This document shows positions 9,528-20,577 of a DNA stretch of 64,000 nt, in pieces. Origin of the DNA: an uncultured Methanomicrobiaceae archaeon. Lineage in GTDB: Archaea > Halobacteriota > Methanomicrobia > Methanomicrobiales > Methanoculleaceae. The position numbers and the translations under genes are program-made. The first letter of the stretch is position 1; every line of letters starts with the position of its first letter. The DNA lies in NCBI GenBank assembly GCA_963826525.1, contig CAWGXH010000003.1:64001-128000 (forward strand), written 5' to 3'. The notes beneath the pieces are model-generated. The model saw only the letters and a program-made list of their open reading frames with translations. It made no database searches and was not told the origin of the DNA.

Positions 9528-10873
9528 CCGGCCGATTTTTCCGGCCGTCTCTCGGTGTCGGACTTCTCCGGGGGGTCGGTCTCTTCCTTCTTCTCTGCCG
9601 TTTTCCGTTTCGGTGCCTTTTCAGCCGCCTTCTCGGCTGCTTTTGCCTCTTTTGCGACCTCCCGCACGATCCGTGCGGCGGCGGTCTTGTCCTGGAGGAA
9701 GAGGGAGAGCTCGTCGGCGTCGAGATCGAGCTCCCGGACGAAGCGGGCAGGGTTCTGCTCGACGAGCAGGGTGATCGGCGTAAAGAACTCTTCGGCAAGC
9801 GTACTCGCCGGTATATGCGCTTCGGTTGCGAGCTTCCGCATCAGGCCTGCCCGGATCGCCTTCTGCCGCCGGGATCTGCTCATCTTGCCCCAGCGCTCCG
9901 GCGGGGTGATCCTCCCGTGAATCCCGGCTCCTCCGGCTGCATCGGCCACCCCGAGCAGCATCAGAGCGGTCGCATACCGCCAGAGCGTGTAGTACTGGCG
10001 TCGGTAGGTCAGCCCGACGTACTCGTCGGCGCGTGCGATAACGTCGTATCCGCGTGCCCGGGACGCGAAGTCAGGCATCTGCTGGAGGTTCCCTTCAATC
10101 CACTGAAGGGTGGCGTCGGGGGTATCCTCCACCTCGTAGGATACCTTCAGCAGCGCCTCGTCGCTTTTACCCTTGAAGACGGCGGCGACGAGATCGAAGA
10201 TGGTAGACCGTTCGTCCTTCCGCGCCGTGTTGATGTCGGCAGCGGAGACTTCGCTCCGGCCGATGCCTGCTGCAAAGAGCATGTTCACTGCCGCCCGCAT
10301 ATCCCCTCCGGCACGCTCGGCGATCTCCGCGAGAGCCTCATCCCGGCAGGAGAGTCCCTCTTCGGCGCAGATCTGGCGGAGCCGCGGGACGATTGATCGT
10401 GCCTGGAGCGCCCGGAACTGCACCGGCTCGGTGACCGCCTTGAGCTCTTTTGCAAGGCCGTAGTAGTCGTTTGCGATCAAAATGATAGGCTGGCGGGACC
10501 GTGCGATGATATCGACGATCGCCCGTGCGCCGCCGCGGTCGGCGTGGGCGTGGAGATTGTCCGCCTCGTCGAGGATGATGACCTTCCGGGCAGCCCCGAG
10601 GAGGCTCATCGTCGTGCTGCTGCTGCCCGCGATCCTCTCGATAATGGGTTTTGTCCGCTGGTCGGAGGCGTTCAGTTCGACGACCTCCCAGTTCATGTCG
10701 TTTGCCAGAGCGTATGCAGTCGACGTCTTCCCGATCCCGGGTCTGCCGTACAGGACGAGGGGTTTGCTCTGCGGTGTCCAGGTTTTTGCCCACTCGTATA
10801 TCTGCCGAACTGCGGAGGTGTTTCCCACGATATCCTGCAGGTGTCGGGGCCTGTACTTCTCCGCCCAATCCAT
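9509..10873 (-). CDS. rfcL: Replication factor C large subunit
   Basis: MDWAEKYRP, Walker [21 protein letters not shown]; C-terminal QATLF PIP-box-like motif. Confidence 0.95.
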   Translation of the reverse strand: MDWAEKYRPRHLQDIVGNTSAVRQIYEWAKTWTPQSKPLVLYGRPGIGKTSTAYALANDMNWEVVELNASDQRTKPIIERIAGSSSTTMSLLGAARKVIILDEADNLHAHADRGGARAIVDIIARSRQPIILIANDYYGLAKELKAVTEPVQFRALQARSIVPRLRQICAEEGLSCRDEALAEIAERAGGDMRAAVNMLFAAGIGRSEVSAADINTARKDERSTIFDLVAAVFKGKSDEALLKVSYEVEDTPDATLQWIEGNLQQMPDFASRARGYDVIARADEYVGLTYRRQYYTLWRYATALMLLGVADAAGGAGIHGRITPPERWGKMSRSRRQKAIRAGLMRKLATEAHIPASTLAEEFFTPITLLVEQNPARFVRELDLDADELSLFLQDKTAAARIVREVAKEAKAAEKAAEKAPKRKTAEKKEETDPPEKSDTERRPEKSAGQATLF

Positions 10874-11115
10874 GTACCTATATCCACCGCCCAGACGAAA
10901 AAGCAATTGCCGGGAGTCTCGGAGGTGATCGATCCGCCGGGCCGGGGTACGGGCGAAGATGCCGGATCCGCCCCGGGCGGAAGGCGGATGCCCGAGGACA
11001 ATCCTTCGTTTCGGAACGTATTTGCGTATCTGTCGGCATCGTTCACACGATAATCAAATACATTATCTCTGATGAGGCAGAATACCATAAAGAAGATTGG
11101 AGTGTTGGTGTTCTC

Positions 11116-12126
11116 GTGGTAAGGGATTGCTCCACTGATACGGTAGCAAAAGCCGTCAGGGAATATGAAGGTGTAACAAGAAAGCACGATATCGGGGGAA
11201 TGATCAAGGCACTCCGGATTGAAGCTCCCGACGTTATCGCCTCCTTCGGCGAGGATGCAGCCGTTATCAGGCACAACACCGATGATGCGCTGCTGCTTGC
11301 AGCCGATGGAATCTGGAGCCGGCTCATGGAGGCCGACCCGTTCTGGGCCGGGTATTGTGCGGTGCTGGTGAATATCCACGATATCGCGGCAATGGGTGCG
11401 AAACCCGTTGCCATGGTGGATATCCTCTCCGTTACGAGCGAGCGGATCCGCACCGAGGTGACGCGGGGCATGGTGACCGCATCCGCCCAGTTCGGCGTAC
11501 CGATCGTCGGCGGGCACCTGCACCCCGATACCCCGTACAGCGTCGTCGATGTGGCCATCCTCGGCACTGCCCGGATGGACCAGCTCATCTTCTCTCATAC
11601 GGCGGAGGAGGGGGATGCTGTCATCGCCGCCATCGATCTCGACGGACGGATCCACCCGTCCTGCGCCCTGAACTGGGACTCGGTGACGATGAAGTCTTCC
11701 GAGGAGGTTCGTGCCCAGATCGACCTGATGCAACGCCTCGGCGCCGAACGGCTGGTGACCGCCGGCAAGGACATCAGCAATCCCGGCATCATCGGCACGC
11801 TCGGCATGCTGCTCGAGGTGAGCGGCAAGGGTGCGGTCATCGATCTCGAGGCGATCCCCCGGCCCGATCTTGCGGCTGTCGGGATCGCCTTTGAGCAGTG
11901 GGTCAGGATGTATCCGGGCATGGGTTTCATCCTGACCGTCCGGGACGAGCACGTCGGCGAAGTATGCCGGCGGTTCGAAGCCGTAGGCATGGCGGCCGCA
12001 TCGATCGGCCGGGTCGACGGCAGCCGGAATCTCACCGTCACGTACCAGGGGGAGGAGACGGAGGTCTTCGATCTCGACCGCGACGGCATCATGCGTATCT
12101 TTGCGGATGAGGATGTATGCCGGTAA
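11116..12126 (+). CDS. Methanogenesis marker 2 protein (AIR synthase/PurM-like)
   Basis: EYEGVTRK, GEDAAVI, AADGIW, VNIHDIAAMG, GGHLHPD, KDISNPG; probable GTG start at 11116. Confidence 0.88.
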   Translation: MVRDCSTDTVAKAVREYEGVTRKHDIGGMIKALRIEAPDVIASFGEDAAVIRHNTDDALLLAADGIWSRLMEADPFWAGYCAVLVNIHDIAAMGAKPVAMVDILSVTSERIRTEVTRGMVTASAQFGVPIVGGHLHPDTPYSVVDVAILGTARMDQLIFSHTAEEGDAVIAAIDLDGRIHPSCALNWDSVTMKSSEEVRAQIDLMQRLGAERLVTAGKDISNPGIIGTLGMLLEVSGKGAVIDLEAIPRPDLAAVGIAFEQWVRMYPGMGFILTVRDEHVGEVCRRFEAVGMAAASIGRVDGSRNLTVTYQGEETEVFDLDRDGIMRIFADEDVCR

Positions 12127-12866
12127 CGGTCGGTATCGGGGCTCTCGCGGATCCCGCGAAGGTCAGGGAGAGCATACGCGGCGCTCCTGCCGGGGTGCGG
12201 ATGGTCTGCTTCGGCCCGCCGGGGCTGCAGGCGGTGCTCGGGGATGCCTGCACCGTCGTTGAAAGCAGCGATCCGGGCACTGCTCTCGTATCGGCGCTGG
12301 CTGCGGGGGAGATCGATGCGGCCGTCCGCGGTACGCTTCCTGCCTCGTCCACCCTCGGAGCCCTCAAAAAAGCGTGCGGGGTGGACTGTCTCGTCAGGAT
12401 CGCCCTCCTCGAGACCGCCGACGGCCGTCTCTTCTTCCTTGCCCCGGTCGGGGTCGACGAGGGGTGGACGGTCGCCCAGAAGATCGACCTCGCCCGGCGC
12501 GGGCAAAGCCTTGCCCGGAGGTTTGGACTTCCGGATACCGTGGCGGTGCTCTCCGGCGGGAGGTACGGCGATATCGGTCGTCACCCTGCCGTCGACCGGA
12601 GCCTCGCCGACGCCGAGCTCGTTGCCCGTCTCAGCGGCGGCGAGCATGCCGAGATCCTGATCGAGGATGCCGTCCGCCGCTTCGGCGTTATCGTGGCACC
12701 CGACGGCATCTCCGGGAATCTTATCTTCCGTACCCTGACATTTCTCGGAGCCGGTATCGGTCATGGAGCACCGGTGGTAAATATCGACAGAATCTTCGTC
12801 GATACCTCGCGCGCCTCACCAAATTATACGAAAGCAATTTCACTGGCAGAATCGCTTGCAAAATAA
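12117..12866 (+). CDS. mtxX: Methanogenesis marker protein Mmp4/MtxX
   Basis: AAVRGTL, LAPVGVDEG, LSGGRYGDIGR, APDGISGNLIFRTL, FVDTSR. Confidence 0.88.
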   Translation: MPVTVGIGALADPAKVRESIRGAPAGVRMVCFGPPGLQAVLGDACTVVESSDPGTALVSALAAGEIDAAVRGTLPASSTLGALKKACGVDCLVRIALLETADGRLFFLAPVGVDEGWTVAQKIDLARRGQSLARRFGLPDTVAVLSGGRYGDIGRHPAVDRSLADAELVARLSGGEHAEILIEDAVRRFGVIVAPDGISGNLIFRTLTFLGAGIGHGAPVVNIDRIFVDTSRASPNYTKAISLAESLAK

Positions 12867-13012
12867 AATCCCGACTTATTTTGCCGCTATAACGCGAAAC
12901 CCTGCAATATTCTCGGCATTCCAAATCGCAATAATTCCCTGCCCGGGCTTTGGGTGCGGTCTTCAAATGTCACGCGAATGCCGAAGAACGGCGCAAAAAA
13001 TCGAGATAATCC

Positions 13013-13027
13013 CGAAATGTTTATATA
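13013..13027 (+). promoter_or_regulatory. BRE + TATA box of the histone gene
   Basis: CGAAA followed by TTTATATA (13020-13027), about 37 nt upstream of the ATG; GAGGTG RBS at 13049. Confidence 0.7.
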
Positions 13028-13063
13028 TTAACTGATATACTTCTTTTAGAGGTGGAATTGATT

Positions 13064-13270
13064 ATGGCAGATCTACCAATTGCTGCGGTTGTACGTATTG
13101 CAAAGAAGAATGGCGCTGAGAGAGTCGGCAGCGATGCCGCTGCTGCACTTGTTACGAAGGCAGAGGCATACATCGCCGAGCTGACCAAGGAAGCCAACAG
13201 GCTTGCTCAGCACGCGGGACGCAAGACGATCAAGGCAGAAGATGTCGACCTCGCAGTTAAGTCTGCGTAA
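13064..13270 (+). CDS. Archaeal histone (HMf family)
   Basis: MADLPIAAVVRIAKKNGAERVGSDA...HAGRKTIKAEDV; 68-aa histone fold. Confidence 0.95.
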   Translation: MADLPIAAVVRIAKKNGAERVGSDAAAALVTKAEAYIAELTKEANRLAQHAGRKTIKAEDVDLAVKSA

Positions 13271-13817
13271 ATCCGGCATTCTCTCCTTATTTACCCGATT
13301 TTAGTATCGTTTTACACGTACCGGATGGTATGGAGAAACCGCCGGCGGCCTTCGGAGTCGGGGGATTATTCTGGTATATCGGTTTTATCGAATTCTTCTC
13401 CGGGACAGGGCAAGCAGCATCACGCCGGGCGTGAAGGCTGTAGTTCCGATTAAGCAATGTTTAAATGCCGGGAATCCTGTACACATCCGCGAAATTCCGA
13501 CCCTCACAGAAGCCCGCAGACGGACGATCTCCGGGCGGGGTATGGTATGCATCCTCTTGAAATTACTGCCGCTCATATCGCCGTTATAACCTCGCGTTCC
13601 TGCCGAATCTCTCCGATTCGTCGCTATTTTGTCGGTTTTTCCGGATGCCTGATTTTGAGATCCGGAATCGCCCGTAAAATCGATAAAAAAACGGCAATCC
13701 GTCCTGCTTTCAGAACGGAGAGAGGGTGGCTCCCGCCCCGGGACCGGAACCCGCCTGCCGCACCCCGGATCGGGATGAGGAAGCACGGTAAATGGGAGAC
13801 CCCGGTTCACGGCTCCC

Positions 13818-14400
13818 TTAGAGCGTTCCTTTCGTGCTTGGAATATCGGTGCTCGCCGGGTCGATGGCCACAGCGGCTCTAAGAGCCCTTCCGAACGCCT
13901 TGAAGACAGACTTCGCACATGTGATGGTCGTTTCGCCCGTAAAACGAGATGTGAGCGGTGATACCGGCATTGGTGCAGAGACTGGAGAAGAAATGTTCGA
14001 CGAGGTCTCCCGGAATGTTCCCCGGCCCTGTGGGGGAGAACGTGCCGGTAAAGACGAGGTAGCCCCGCCCTCCGATATCCATGGCCACCCGGGCGAGCGC
14101 TTCGTCCATGGGGACGGCGGCATCCGCGAACCTGGTGATCCCCCGTCCGTCGCCGACCGCTTCTGCGAGTGCGCTCCCAAGGACGATGCCGATATCCTCC
14201 ATCGTGTGGTGAACGTCGACGGCGAGGTCGCCGGCTGCCCTGACGGAGAGGTCGACTCTGCCGTGCTTCCCGAGGGCTCCGAGCATATGGTCGAGGAAGG
14301 CGATCCCGGTCTCGACGGTGCAGGCTCCCCTGCCATCGAGATCGATCGAGACGGTGACGTCCGTCTCGCGTGTCCTGCGGTGGATCTCACTTCGTCGCAT
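13818..14400 (-). CDS. hisB: Imidazoleglycerol-phosphate dehydratase (probable 1-nt artefactual frameshift near 13910)
   Basis: [32 protein letters not shown]; C-terminus [10 protein letters not shown]...IPSTKGTL in another frame. Confidence 0.9.
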
Positions 14401-15106
14401 CTGCAGCCTCCAGTGCATCCGTGAGCCGGATTATACCGGCATACAGGGCGGAACCGAGCACGGCACCAAAGACTCCGGCGTCCTTGAGCGCCCGGACGTC
14501 GGTAGCGGACGAGACGCCTCCGGAAGCGACGACCGGGAGACCCGTCACCGCAAGGAGCCTTTTGACGGGTTCGAGAGCAATCCCCTGCTGCAGCCCCTCG
14601 ACATCGACGTTGGTGAAGAGGAGCGAGCCGGCACCGAGTGTCTCGAAGGTCTCCGCCCAGGTGAGATAGTCTCCGGCAGCCTCTTCCCAGCCTTCGATCA
14701 CGACCTGCCCTCCCCGGGCGTCGACCCCGGCCATCACGCAGTCGCTGCCGAACTCGTCGGCGATAGTGCGGACTGCTTCCGGGCTCCTGACGGCAAGCGT
14801 TCCGAGGATTACCCGTGCAACGCCGATCGCGAGCCATCCGGCGGCATCCTCAACGCTCCGGATACCCCCGCCGAGCTCGACGGTGACGTCCGTCTCATGG
14901 ATGAGCTCCTGGATCAGATCGGCATTTCTGGTGGCCTTTCCGAATGCCCCGTCGAGATTGATGACGTGGAGGGCATCGGCTCCTTCGTCGAGCCACCTCT
15001 GCGCCCAGGCGGCAGGATCGCCGTAGACCGTTGCCTGGTCCCGCTTTCCCTGCACGAGCTGCACGCACCGCCCATCCAGAATATCGACTGCCGGATAGAT
15101 CTCCAT
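14387..15106 (-). CDS. hisA: ProFAR isomerase
   Basis: [36 protein letters not shown]. Confidence 0.95.
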   Translation of the reverse strand: MEIYPAVDILDGRCVQLVQGKRDQATVYGDPAAWAQRWLDEGADALHVINLDGAFGKATRNADLIQELIHETDVTVELGGGIRSVEDAAGWLAIGVARVILGTLAVRSPEAVRTIADEFGSDCVMAGVDARGGQVVIEGWEEAAGDYLTWAETFETLGAGSLLFTNVDVEGLQQGIALEPVKRLLAVTGLPVVASGGVSSATDVRALKDAGVFGAVLGSALYAGIIRLTDALEAADATK

Positions 15107-15111
15107 AGGTA

Positions 15112-16011
15112 TCAGCGTATCATCCGGTCTATCGGCATAACTAATATGTCTTTTGCGCCTGCCCGTTTTAACTGGTTGATGAGTTGATAGACCCGCTCCT
15201 CACGGACGACGGCGTGAACGGCGACGATATTGTCGCCCGATGCAACGTCCATCACGGTCGGGCCGCCGAGGCCGGGAAGGACGTTCTTCACATCCTCGAC
15301 GGCGCTCCGGTGGACGTTCATCATCAGGTAGCACTGCCCCTTCGCCCGGATCACACTCTCGAGGGCGAGGACGATCTCGTCGATCTTCTCGCGCTTCTCC
15401 TGCATCGAGTTCTTATTTGCAATGAGAATCGTGCTGCTTTTCAGGATCTCGTCGATGACGCGGAGACGGTTTGTCTTGAGCGTCGTGCCGGAGTCTGAAA
15501 GGTCGACGATGGCGTCGGCGATGCCGAGATGCGGCGTCGCCTCGCATGCCCCGCCGACGGTGACGATGGAGACCCGAATGCCGTGCTGCTCGAAGTATGC
15601 GCGGGCAATCCCGGGAAATTCCGTCGCGACCCTGGCATCGGCGAGATCGCCGACGCTCGTGATCGCCGACTCCTCCGGCACCGCGACGACGAGCGTCGCC
15701 CGCCCCATCTGGAGGTCGAGCAGGTCTTCGACATCGGCGTTCCGCTCCATCACCATATCCTTCCCGGTGATCCCGAGATCGGCGACGCCGTTCGCGACGT
15801 ACTCGGGGATATCGATCGGGCGGGCGAAGAGGATCTCCACATGAGGATCATGCGTTCTGGTGATGAGCCGTCGTTCGCCCCCGTCCAGCATATGCAGGCC
15901 GCTCTTCTCGATCAGCTCGTTGATCGGCTGGGCAATCCTGCCTTTATTCGGCATGGCGAGGCGGACGGTATATTCGTCCCGCTCTCCTCTGGTGTACGTC
16001 GTCGGGGTCAT
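15112..16011 (-). CDS. hisG: ATP phosphoribosyltransferase (long form)
   Basis: [45 protein letters not shown]. Confidence 0.95.
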   Translation of the reverse strand: MTPTTYTRGERDEYTVRLAMPNKGRIAQPINELIEKSGLHMLDGGERRLITRTHDPHVEILFARPIDIPEYVANGVADLGITGKDMVMERNADVEDLLDLQMGRATLVVAVPEESAITSVGDLADARVATEFPGIARAYFEQHGIRVSIVTVGGACEATPHLGIADAIVDLSDSGTTLKTNRLRVIDEILKSSTILIANKNSMQEKREKIDEIVLALESVIRAKGQCYLMMNVHRSAVEDVKNVLPGLGGPTVMDVASGDNIVAVHAVVREERVYQLINQLKRAGAKDILVMPIDRMIR

Positions 16012-16036
16012 GGATCTTCCGGATGAATGGTAGCCG

Positions 16037-17245
16037 TTAGAAGGTCTTGAGTTCTCCCCTGATGACCTTCTCGGTGATGGAGGTGACGTTTGCCAGCCAC
16101 TCGTTCATGATTGCATCGACCTCGGGGGTGACGGCGTTCATGCTCGTTCCCGGTTTCGTGATCACCTGGGCGCTTGCGACATGCGGCTGGTCGATGGGGT
16201 GGCCGATCTGCGAGAGCAGGCGGACGTACATCTCCTCGATGCCGTCGACCTTTGCCACGCAGTCCTGCGCGATCTGCGTTGCGAGGAGGTTGTAGATCTT
16301 GCCGATGTGGTTGATGGGGTTCTTTCCGCTCGTCGCTTCCATGCTCATCGGGCGGTTCGGGGTGATCAGGCCGTTGCATCGGTTGCCGCGGCCGACCGAT
16401 CCGTCGTCACCCATCTCGGCGGACGATCCGGAGACGGTGAGGAAGATACTCTCCTGCTCTATGTCGTCTGCGGTGTTCACGTCGACGCGGACGGTTCTCT
16501 TCGTGAACCCCTGTGCGACGGACTCGACCTGCTCCTTGATGAGGTGCTTCATCTCGACATAGTCGTTCAGGCTCGAACAGTAGCGGTCGACGAACGCAAT
16601 GGCGAGGGTGATGGTGATCGCTTCTCCGTCGCGGAGGCACATGATCTTGCAGTCCTGACCGATGATGGGATACCGGGGCCGGAGCTGCTCGTCGAGGAAG
16701 GCGGCGACGCCCAGGACGACGCTCTCCGCTTCGGAGAAGGGTGCATGTCCGACACCGAAGGAGGTGTCGTTTGCCCGCGGGATGGTGACGCAGGTCTTGA
16801 AGACATCCCGGAGGTCGGTCGAGCCCATGCCCATGCGGGAGTCGACGGTGATGTCGCGTTCCATGTCGAGGGTCGGCAGGATCGTCCGGATGTACTTCCT
16901 GGCAGCGTTGATGGCGATGGTGTCCGCGGGGATATTCGCGCCGTCGAAGGTCTTTGTCGCCCTGCCGTTCAGCAGCACGTAGATCGGTTTTGTGATCACG
17001 CCTCCGCCGAACCCGGGCATCGATTCTCCGGCAACGATCTCGCCCTGATCGGTATTGTGGTGCAGGACGGTGCCGCACTCCTCGAAGTAGGCTGCGCTGA
17101 GAGCACGGCTGATCGACTCGGCAATACCGTCGGCAAGGCTGTCCGGGTGGCCGAGACATTTTCGCTCCACAAGTTCAATCCGCTGCTGTTCGATCGGGGT
17201 CTGCGCGAGCCCCTCTACACTGATATTCCTCTTCATCGAATCCAC
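16037..17245 (-). CDS. mat: Archaeal S-adenosylmethionine synthetase
   Basis: [54 protein letters not shown]. Confidence 0.95.
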   Translation of the reverse strand: MDSMKRNISVEGLAQTPIEQQRIELVERKCLGHPDSLADGIAESISRALSAAYFEECGTVLHHNTDQGEIVAGESMPGFGGGVITKPIYVLLNGRATKTFDGANIPADTIAINAARKYIRTILPTLDMERDITVDSRMGMGSTDLRDVFKTCVTIPRANDTSFGVGHAPFSEAESVVLGVAAFLDEQLRPRYPIIGQDCKIMCLRDGEAITITLAIAFVDRYCSSLNDYVEMKHLIKEQVESVAQGFTKRTVRVDVNTADDIEQESIFLTVSGSSAEMGDDGSVGRGNRCNGLITPNRPMSMEATSGKNPINHIGKIYNLLATQIAQDCVAKVDGIEEMYVRLLSQIGHPIDQPHVASAQVITKPGTSMNAVTPEVDAIMNEWLANVTSITEKVIRGELKTF

Positions 17246-17303
17246 CGTAGTTCTAAACTATACTATACCAGATGACTACAATTCATATAACCGTTTCTAA
17301 CTT

Positions 17304-18095
17304 TTAATCCGCAGATCGGAGCGGATAGCTGATCTTGCAGATGCCGTCCCGGAATACCCTCACCATACCGCCGCTCTCCGAGATCGTTATGCCGACGACG
17401 GGTATCTCGCTGGTAACGAACGCGGTCGCACGATGCCTCCCGCCGAGCCCGCTCGGGAGCGTCACCGTCTTCCCCGTGACGTCGAGGTACCGGCCCGCCG
17501 CCCGGATATCTCCGGTCGTGTCGATGACGAAGACGCCGTCGAGCTGGGCGAACTCTTTGACGCTCTCCCAGTTATCCCGGTCTTTGACGTCCCGGAGAGA
17601 GGGCGGCTGGCCCTGGTATGGATTTAAAATGGCCTGGTGCGAGTGCTTGAAGATCTCCTCGGGGTCGCCGATGATGAACGCCGTGCCGATGGCACGCCCC
17701 TCACGCCCCTCGATGGCGATCTCCATCGCAAGTGTCAGGACGGCATGGAGAATGTCGCGGGGAACGATATCGGAGAAGTCCTTGAGGTTGATGAAGTTCT
17801 TCCCTTCCTCGATATCGTAGAGGACGATGGCGTACGGGAAGACTCCCACGACAAGGCCGCTCTCGAACCGTCGCGAGAGGTAGATCTGGACGGTGGCGTC
17901 GAGCATGTGCCGCTCGCTCACCTCGAGGATATCATGCATGGTGAGGTCCTTGAGGACGTCGAGCTGGAGTTCCTGCACCCAGATGACCGGGACCTCCGAC
18001 TCAAACTCCCGCGGCTCGGTGAACGAGACGATCGCCTTGGCGCTCACCGATGCTGCCACCTGCCGGGCAGCCTCGAGCATCGTCTCGTCGTTCAT
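17304..18095 (-). CDS. Diadenylate cyclase (DisA_N/DAC domain), DacZ-like
   Basis: EGREGRAIGTAF, KEFAQLDGVFVI (DGA-like), GLGGRHRAT (RHR), ISESGG; last codons may be frameshifted. Confidence 0.8.
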   Translation of the reverse strand: MNDETMLEAARQVAASVSAKAIVSFTEPREFESEVPVIWVQELQLDVLKDLTMHDILEVSERHMLDATVQIYLSRRFESGLVVGVFPYAIVLYDIEEGKNFINLKDFSDIVPRDILHAVLTLAMEIAIEGREGRAIGTAFIIGDPEEIFKHSHQAILNPYQGQPPSLRDVKDRDNWESVKEFAQLDGVFVIDTTGDIRAAGRYLDVTGKTVTLPSGLGGRHRATAFVTSEIPVVGITISESGGMVRVFRDGICKISYPLRSAD

Positions 18096-18958
18096 AGCAG
18101 GTCACGGATCAGACCGGGGATCTCCGACGGGCGGGATGCTACCGGCACGCCAAGGGCTTTGAGCCGCTGAACCTTTGACCGGGCGTCGCCCTCGCCTCCC
18201 TCGATGATGGCGCCGGCATGACCCATCCGCTTCTCCGGCGGAGCGCTCACCCCGGCGATGTAGGTGACGACGGGGAGCTCGGCCGACCGGACGCCCTCCT
18301 CCTCGAGGTTGCCGCCGACCTCGCCGATGACGACGACTGCCTCTGTCTCCGGGTCGTCTGCGAAGCGTTCGAGCACGTCCACGAACGTCTGCCCGATGAC
18401 CGGATCGCCGCCGATCCCGACGATCGTGCTCTGCCCGATCCCTGCACGGGTCAGCTCGTCGACGACCTCGTAGGTGAGCGTTCCGCTCCGGGAGATGACT
18501 CCCACCGGGCCGCGGATGGCGAGGTGGGCGGGCATGATGCCGAGTTTGCACTCGCCGGGAGAGAGGAGGCCGGGGCAGTTCGGGCCGATCACCGCGCAGT
18601 CATGGAGTTTTGCGTAGGAGATGGCTTTCATCGCATCGTGCACCGGGATATGCTCGGTGATGGCGACGACGAGTTCGAGGCCTGCATGGGCAGCCTCCAT
18701 GATGGAGTCGCCGGCGGCACCGCCCGGGACGAAGACGACGCTTGCGGTTGCGTCGTGCTCCCGGAGAGCCTCCCGAACCGTATTGTAGACCGGAACGCCG
18801 TGAACCTCCCGGCCTCCCTTGCCCGGGGCGACCCCGGCAACGACCCCGCGTCCGCCGACCGAGCGTGCGTAGGCGTTCATCAGATCGGTATGAAACGCGC
18901 CCTGTTTGCCGGTGGCGTTCTGGACGATGACACCGAGGTCTCTGTCGCCGTAGATCAT
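18092..18958 (-). CDS. sucD: Succinyl-CoA ligase alpha subunit
   Basis: [47 protein letters not shown] (phospho-His). Confidence 0.92.
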   Translation of the reverse strand: MIYGDRDLGVIVQNATGKQGAFHTDLMNAYARSVGGRGVVAGVAPGKGGREVHGVPVYNTVREALREHDATASVVFVPGGAAGDSIMEAAHAGLELVVAITEHIPVHDAMKAISYAKLHDCAVIGPNCPGLLSPGECKLGIMPAHLAIRGPVGVISRSGTLTYEVVDELTRAGIGQSTIVGIGGDPVIGQTFVDVLERFADDPETEAVVVIGEVGGNLEEEGVRSAELPVVTYIAGVSAPPEKRMGHAGAIIEGGEGDARSKVQRLKALGVPVASRPSEIPGLIRDLL

Positions 18959-20041
18959 GACGATGCCTCCACTGCTGCCTTGACGGCGGTGTCCATGCTC
19001 TCGAGCATCCGGTAGCCGTGCTCCGCGAGGAGGCGCTTGCCTTCCTCCTCGTTCGTCCCGGCCATCCGGACGATCACCGTCGGGGCGACCCCGGCGGCGA
19101 TGATCCCCTTCGCAACCTCGTCGCACCGGGTGATGCCGCCGAGGAGATTGACCACGATCACCTTTACGGACGGCATGCCGGCGACGAGCTGCACCGCGCG
19201 ACGCACCCGTTCCTGGTCTGCCCCGCCGCCGACATCGAGGAAGTTCGCGGCGTTGCCCCGGTAGTACTCGATGAGGTCGAGCGTGGACATCGTCAGGCCC
19301 GCCCCGTTGCCGATGACCCCGATGCTCCCCTCGATGCTCCACGTAGGAGAATCCGTGCCGCTCAGCCTCCTGCTCCCGCGCGGAGAGATCGCGGTTGACG
19401 GTGATACCCTGGCGTGCGAGCGCATTGTCGTCGATGATCAGCTTTGCGTCCGCAGCATAGACGCCCTTTTCGGTGGTAACGAGCGGATTGATCTCGGCGA
19501 GCATTGCATCCTTCTCCATAAATACACGGTAGAGCCGGTTGATCACCGGTGCGAGCTCCTTCGGCGCACCGCCGAGGAGCTCCCGCATCAGGAAGGGGGG
19601 CACTTCCCGGAGGAGCGGCGGCAGGGTGACCCTCCTGACGGCGTTCTCGTCCTCTCGTGCGGCGTTCTCGATCTCGACGCCGCCGGCATCGGCGAAGAGG
19701 ATCACCGGCCCCTTCGTGGACCGGTCGATGGCGATCGAGAGGTAGTACTCGTGGGTGATCGGGAGCCGCTCTTCGACCAGGATCTCGCGGACGGAGAGTC
19801 CCTTAATCGTCCGTGAAAAGAGGTCGCGGGCGGTATCGGCCGCATCCGCATCGCTCGCCTTCAGGATGCCGCCGGCTTTTCCGCGTCCCCCGACGTCCAC
19901 CTGCGCTTTCAGCACCACGGTATCTCCGATTGCCGCAAGGTGGGGGAGAACTTCATCGGGCGCCCTGATCAGTACACTCTTCGGAACCGGTATCCCGTAT
20001 TCGGAAAATACCGCCTTTGCCTCGTACTCCAGCAGTTTCAT
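18955..20041 (-). CDS. sucC: Succinyl-CoA ligase beta subunit (frameshift near 19335)
   Basis: MKLLEYEAK, KAQVDVGGRGKAGG, EINPL; C-part GNGAGLTMSTLD, NFLDVGGGA, GGITRCD in the adjacent frame. Confidence 0.9.
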
Positions 20042-20577
20042 AGTTTACATGCCTCCTCGCCGAGTTCGAACCCGCGTTTGAGAGCTTTTAGGTTGAGTTC
20101 TTCCGTGCCCTTCGGGACACTGTCGAGCACCGCCTTCTCGATTGCCGCCCTGCTCACGATACCGGTGCCTGCCACGAGAGCGCCGATCATGATGATGTTC
20201 GCGACAATCTCGCGCTTGAATGTTGATTTTGCCTCTGCGGTTGCCGGGATCTCGCAGCTCCGGCATCCCGGCCGCGAGTGGACGAGGCCGGAATCGACGA
20301 GCATCACGGCATCCCCGCCAGCGTGAACGCCGTACTTCTCGAATCCCTGCTGCGACATGATGACGAAGATGTCGGGCTCCGTCACCTCGGGGAAGAGGAT
20401 CGGGTCGTCGTCGATGACGACCTGCCCCATCGACGCGCCTCCGCGGGCTTCAGGGCCGTAGACCTGCGTCTGGACGGCGTACTTCTCGTCGTAGAGCGCC
20501 GCCGCCCGCCCGAGGATGACGACCGAGAGGATGATCCCCTGCCCGCCGAAGCCGGAGAACCGGATCTCGCGCCTCAT
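20038..20577 (-). CDS. korC: 2-oxoglutarate:ferredoxin oxidoreductase gamma subunit
   Basis: MRREIRFSGFGGQGII, QVYGPEARGG, ANIIMIGAL. Confidence 0.85.
   Translation of the reverse strand: MRREIRFSGFGGQGIILSVVILGRAAALYDEKYAVQTQVYGPEARGGASMGQVVIDDDPILFPEVTEPDIFVIMSQQGFEKYGVHAGGDAVMLVDSGLVHSRPGCRSCEIPATAEAKSTFKREIVANIIMIGALVAGTGIVSRAAIEKAVLDSVPKGTEELNLKALKRGFELGEEACKL

Noticed and set aside
13280-13817. ncRNA (SRP, RNase P) or protein-coding gene in the gap after the histone
   Set aside because: I could not find conserved SRP or RNase P motifs, and the ORFs there have non-coding-like composition.
18092-20041. Apparent 649-aa SucC-SucD fusion
   Set aside because: The middle is off-frame nonsense. 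One extra base near 19335 shifts sucC into the sucD frame, and the true sucC C-terminus is in ORF 18955..19425.
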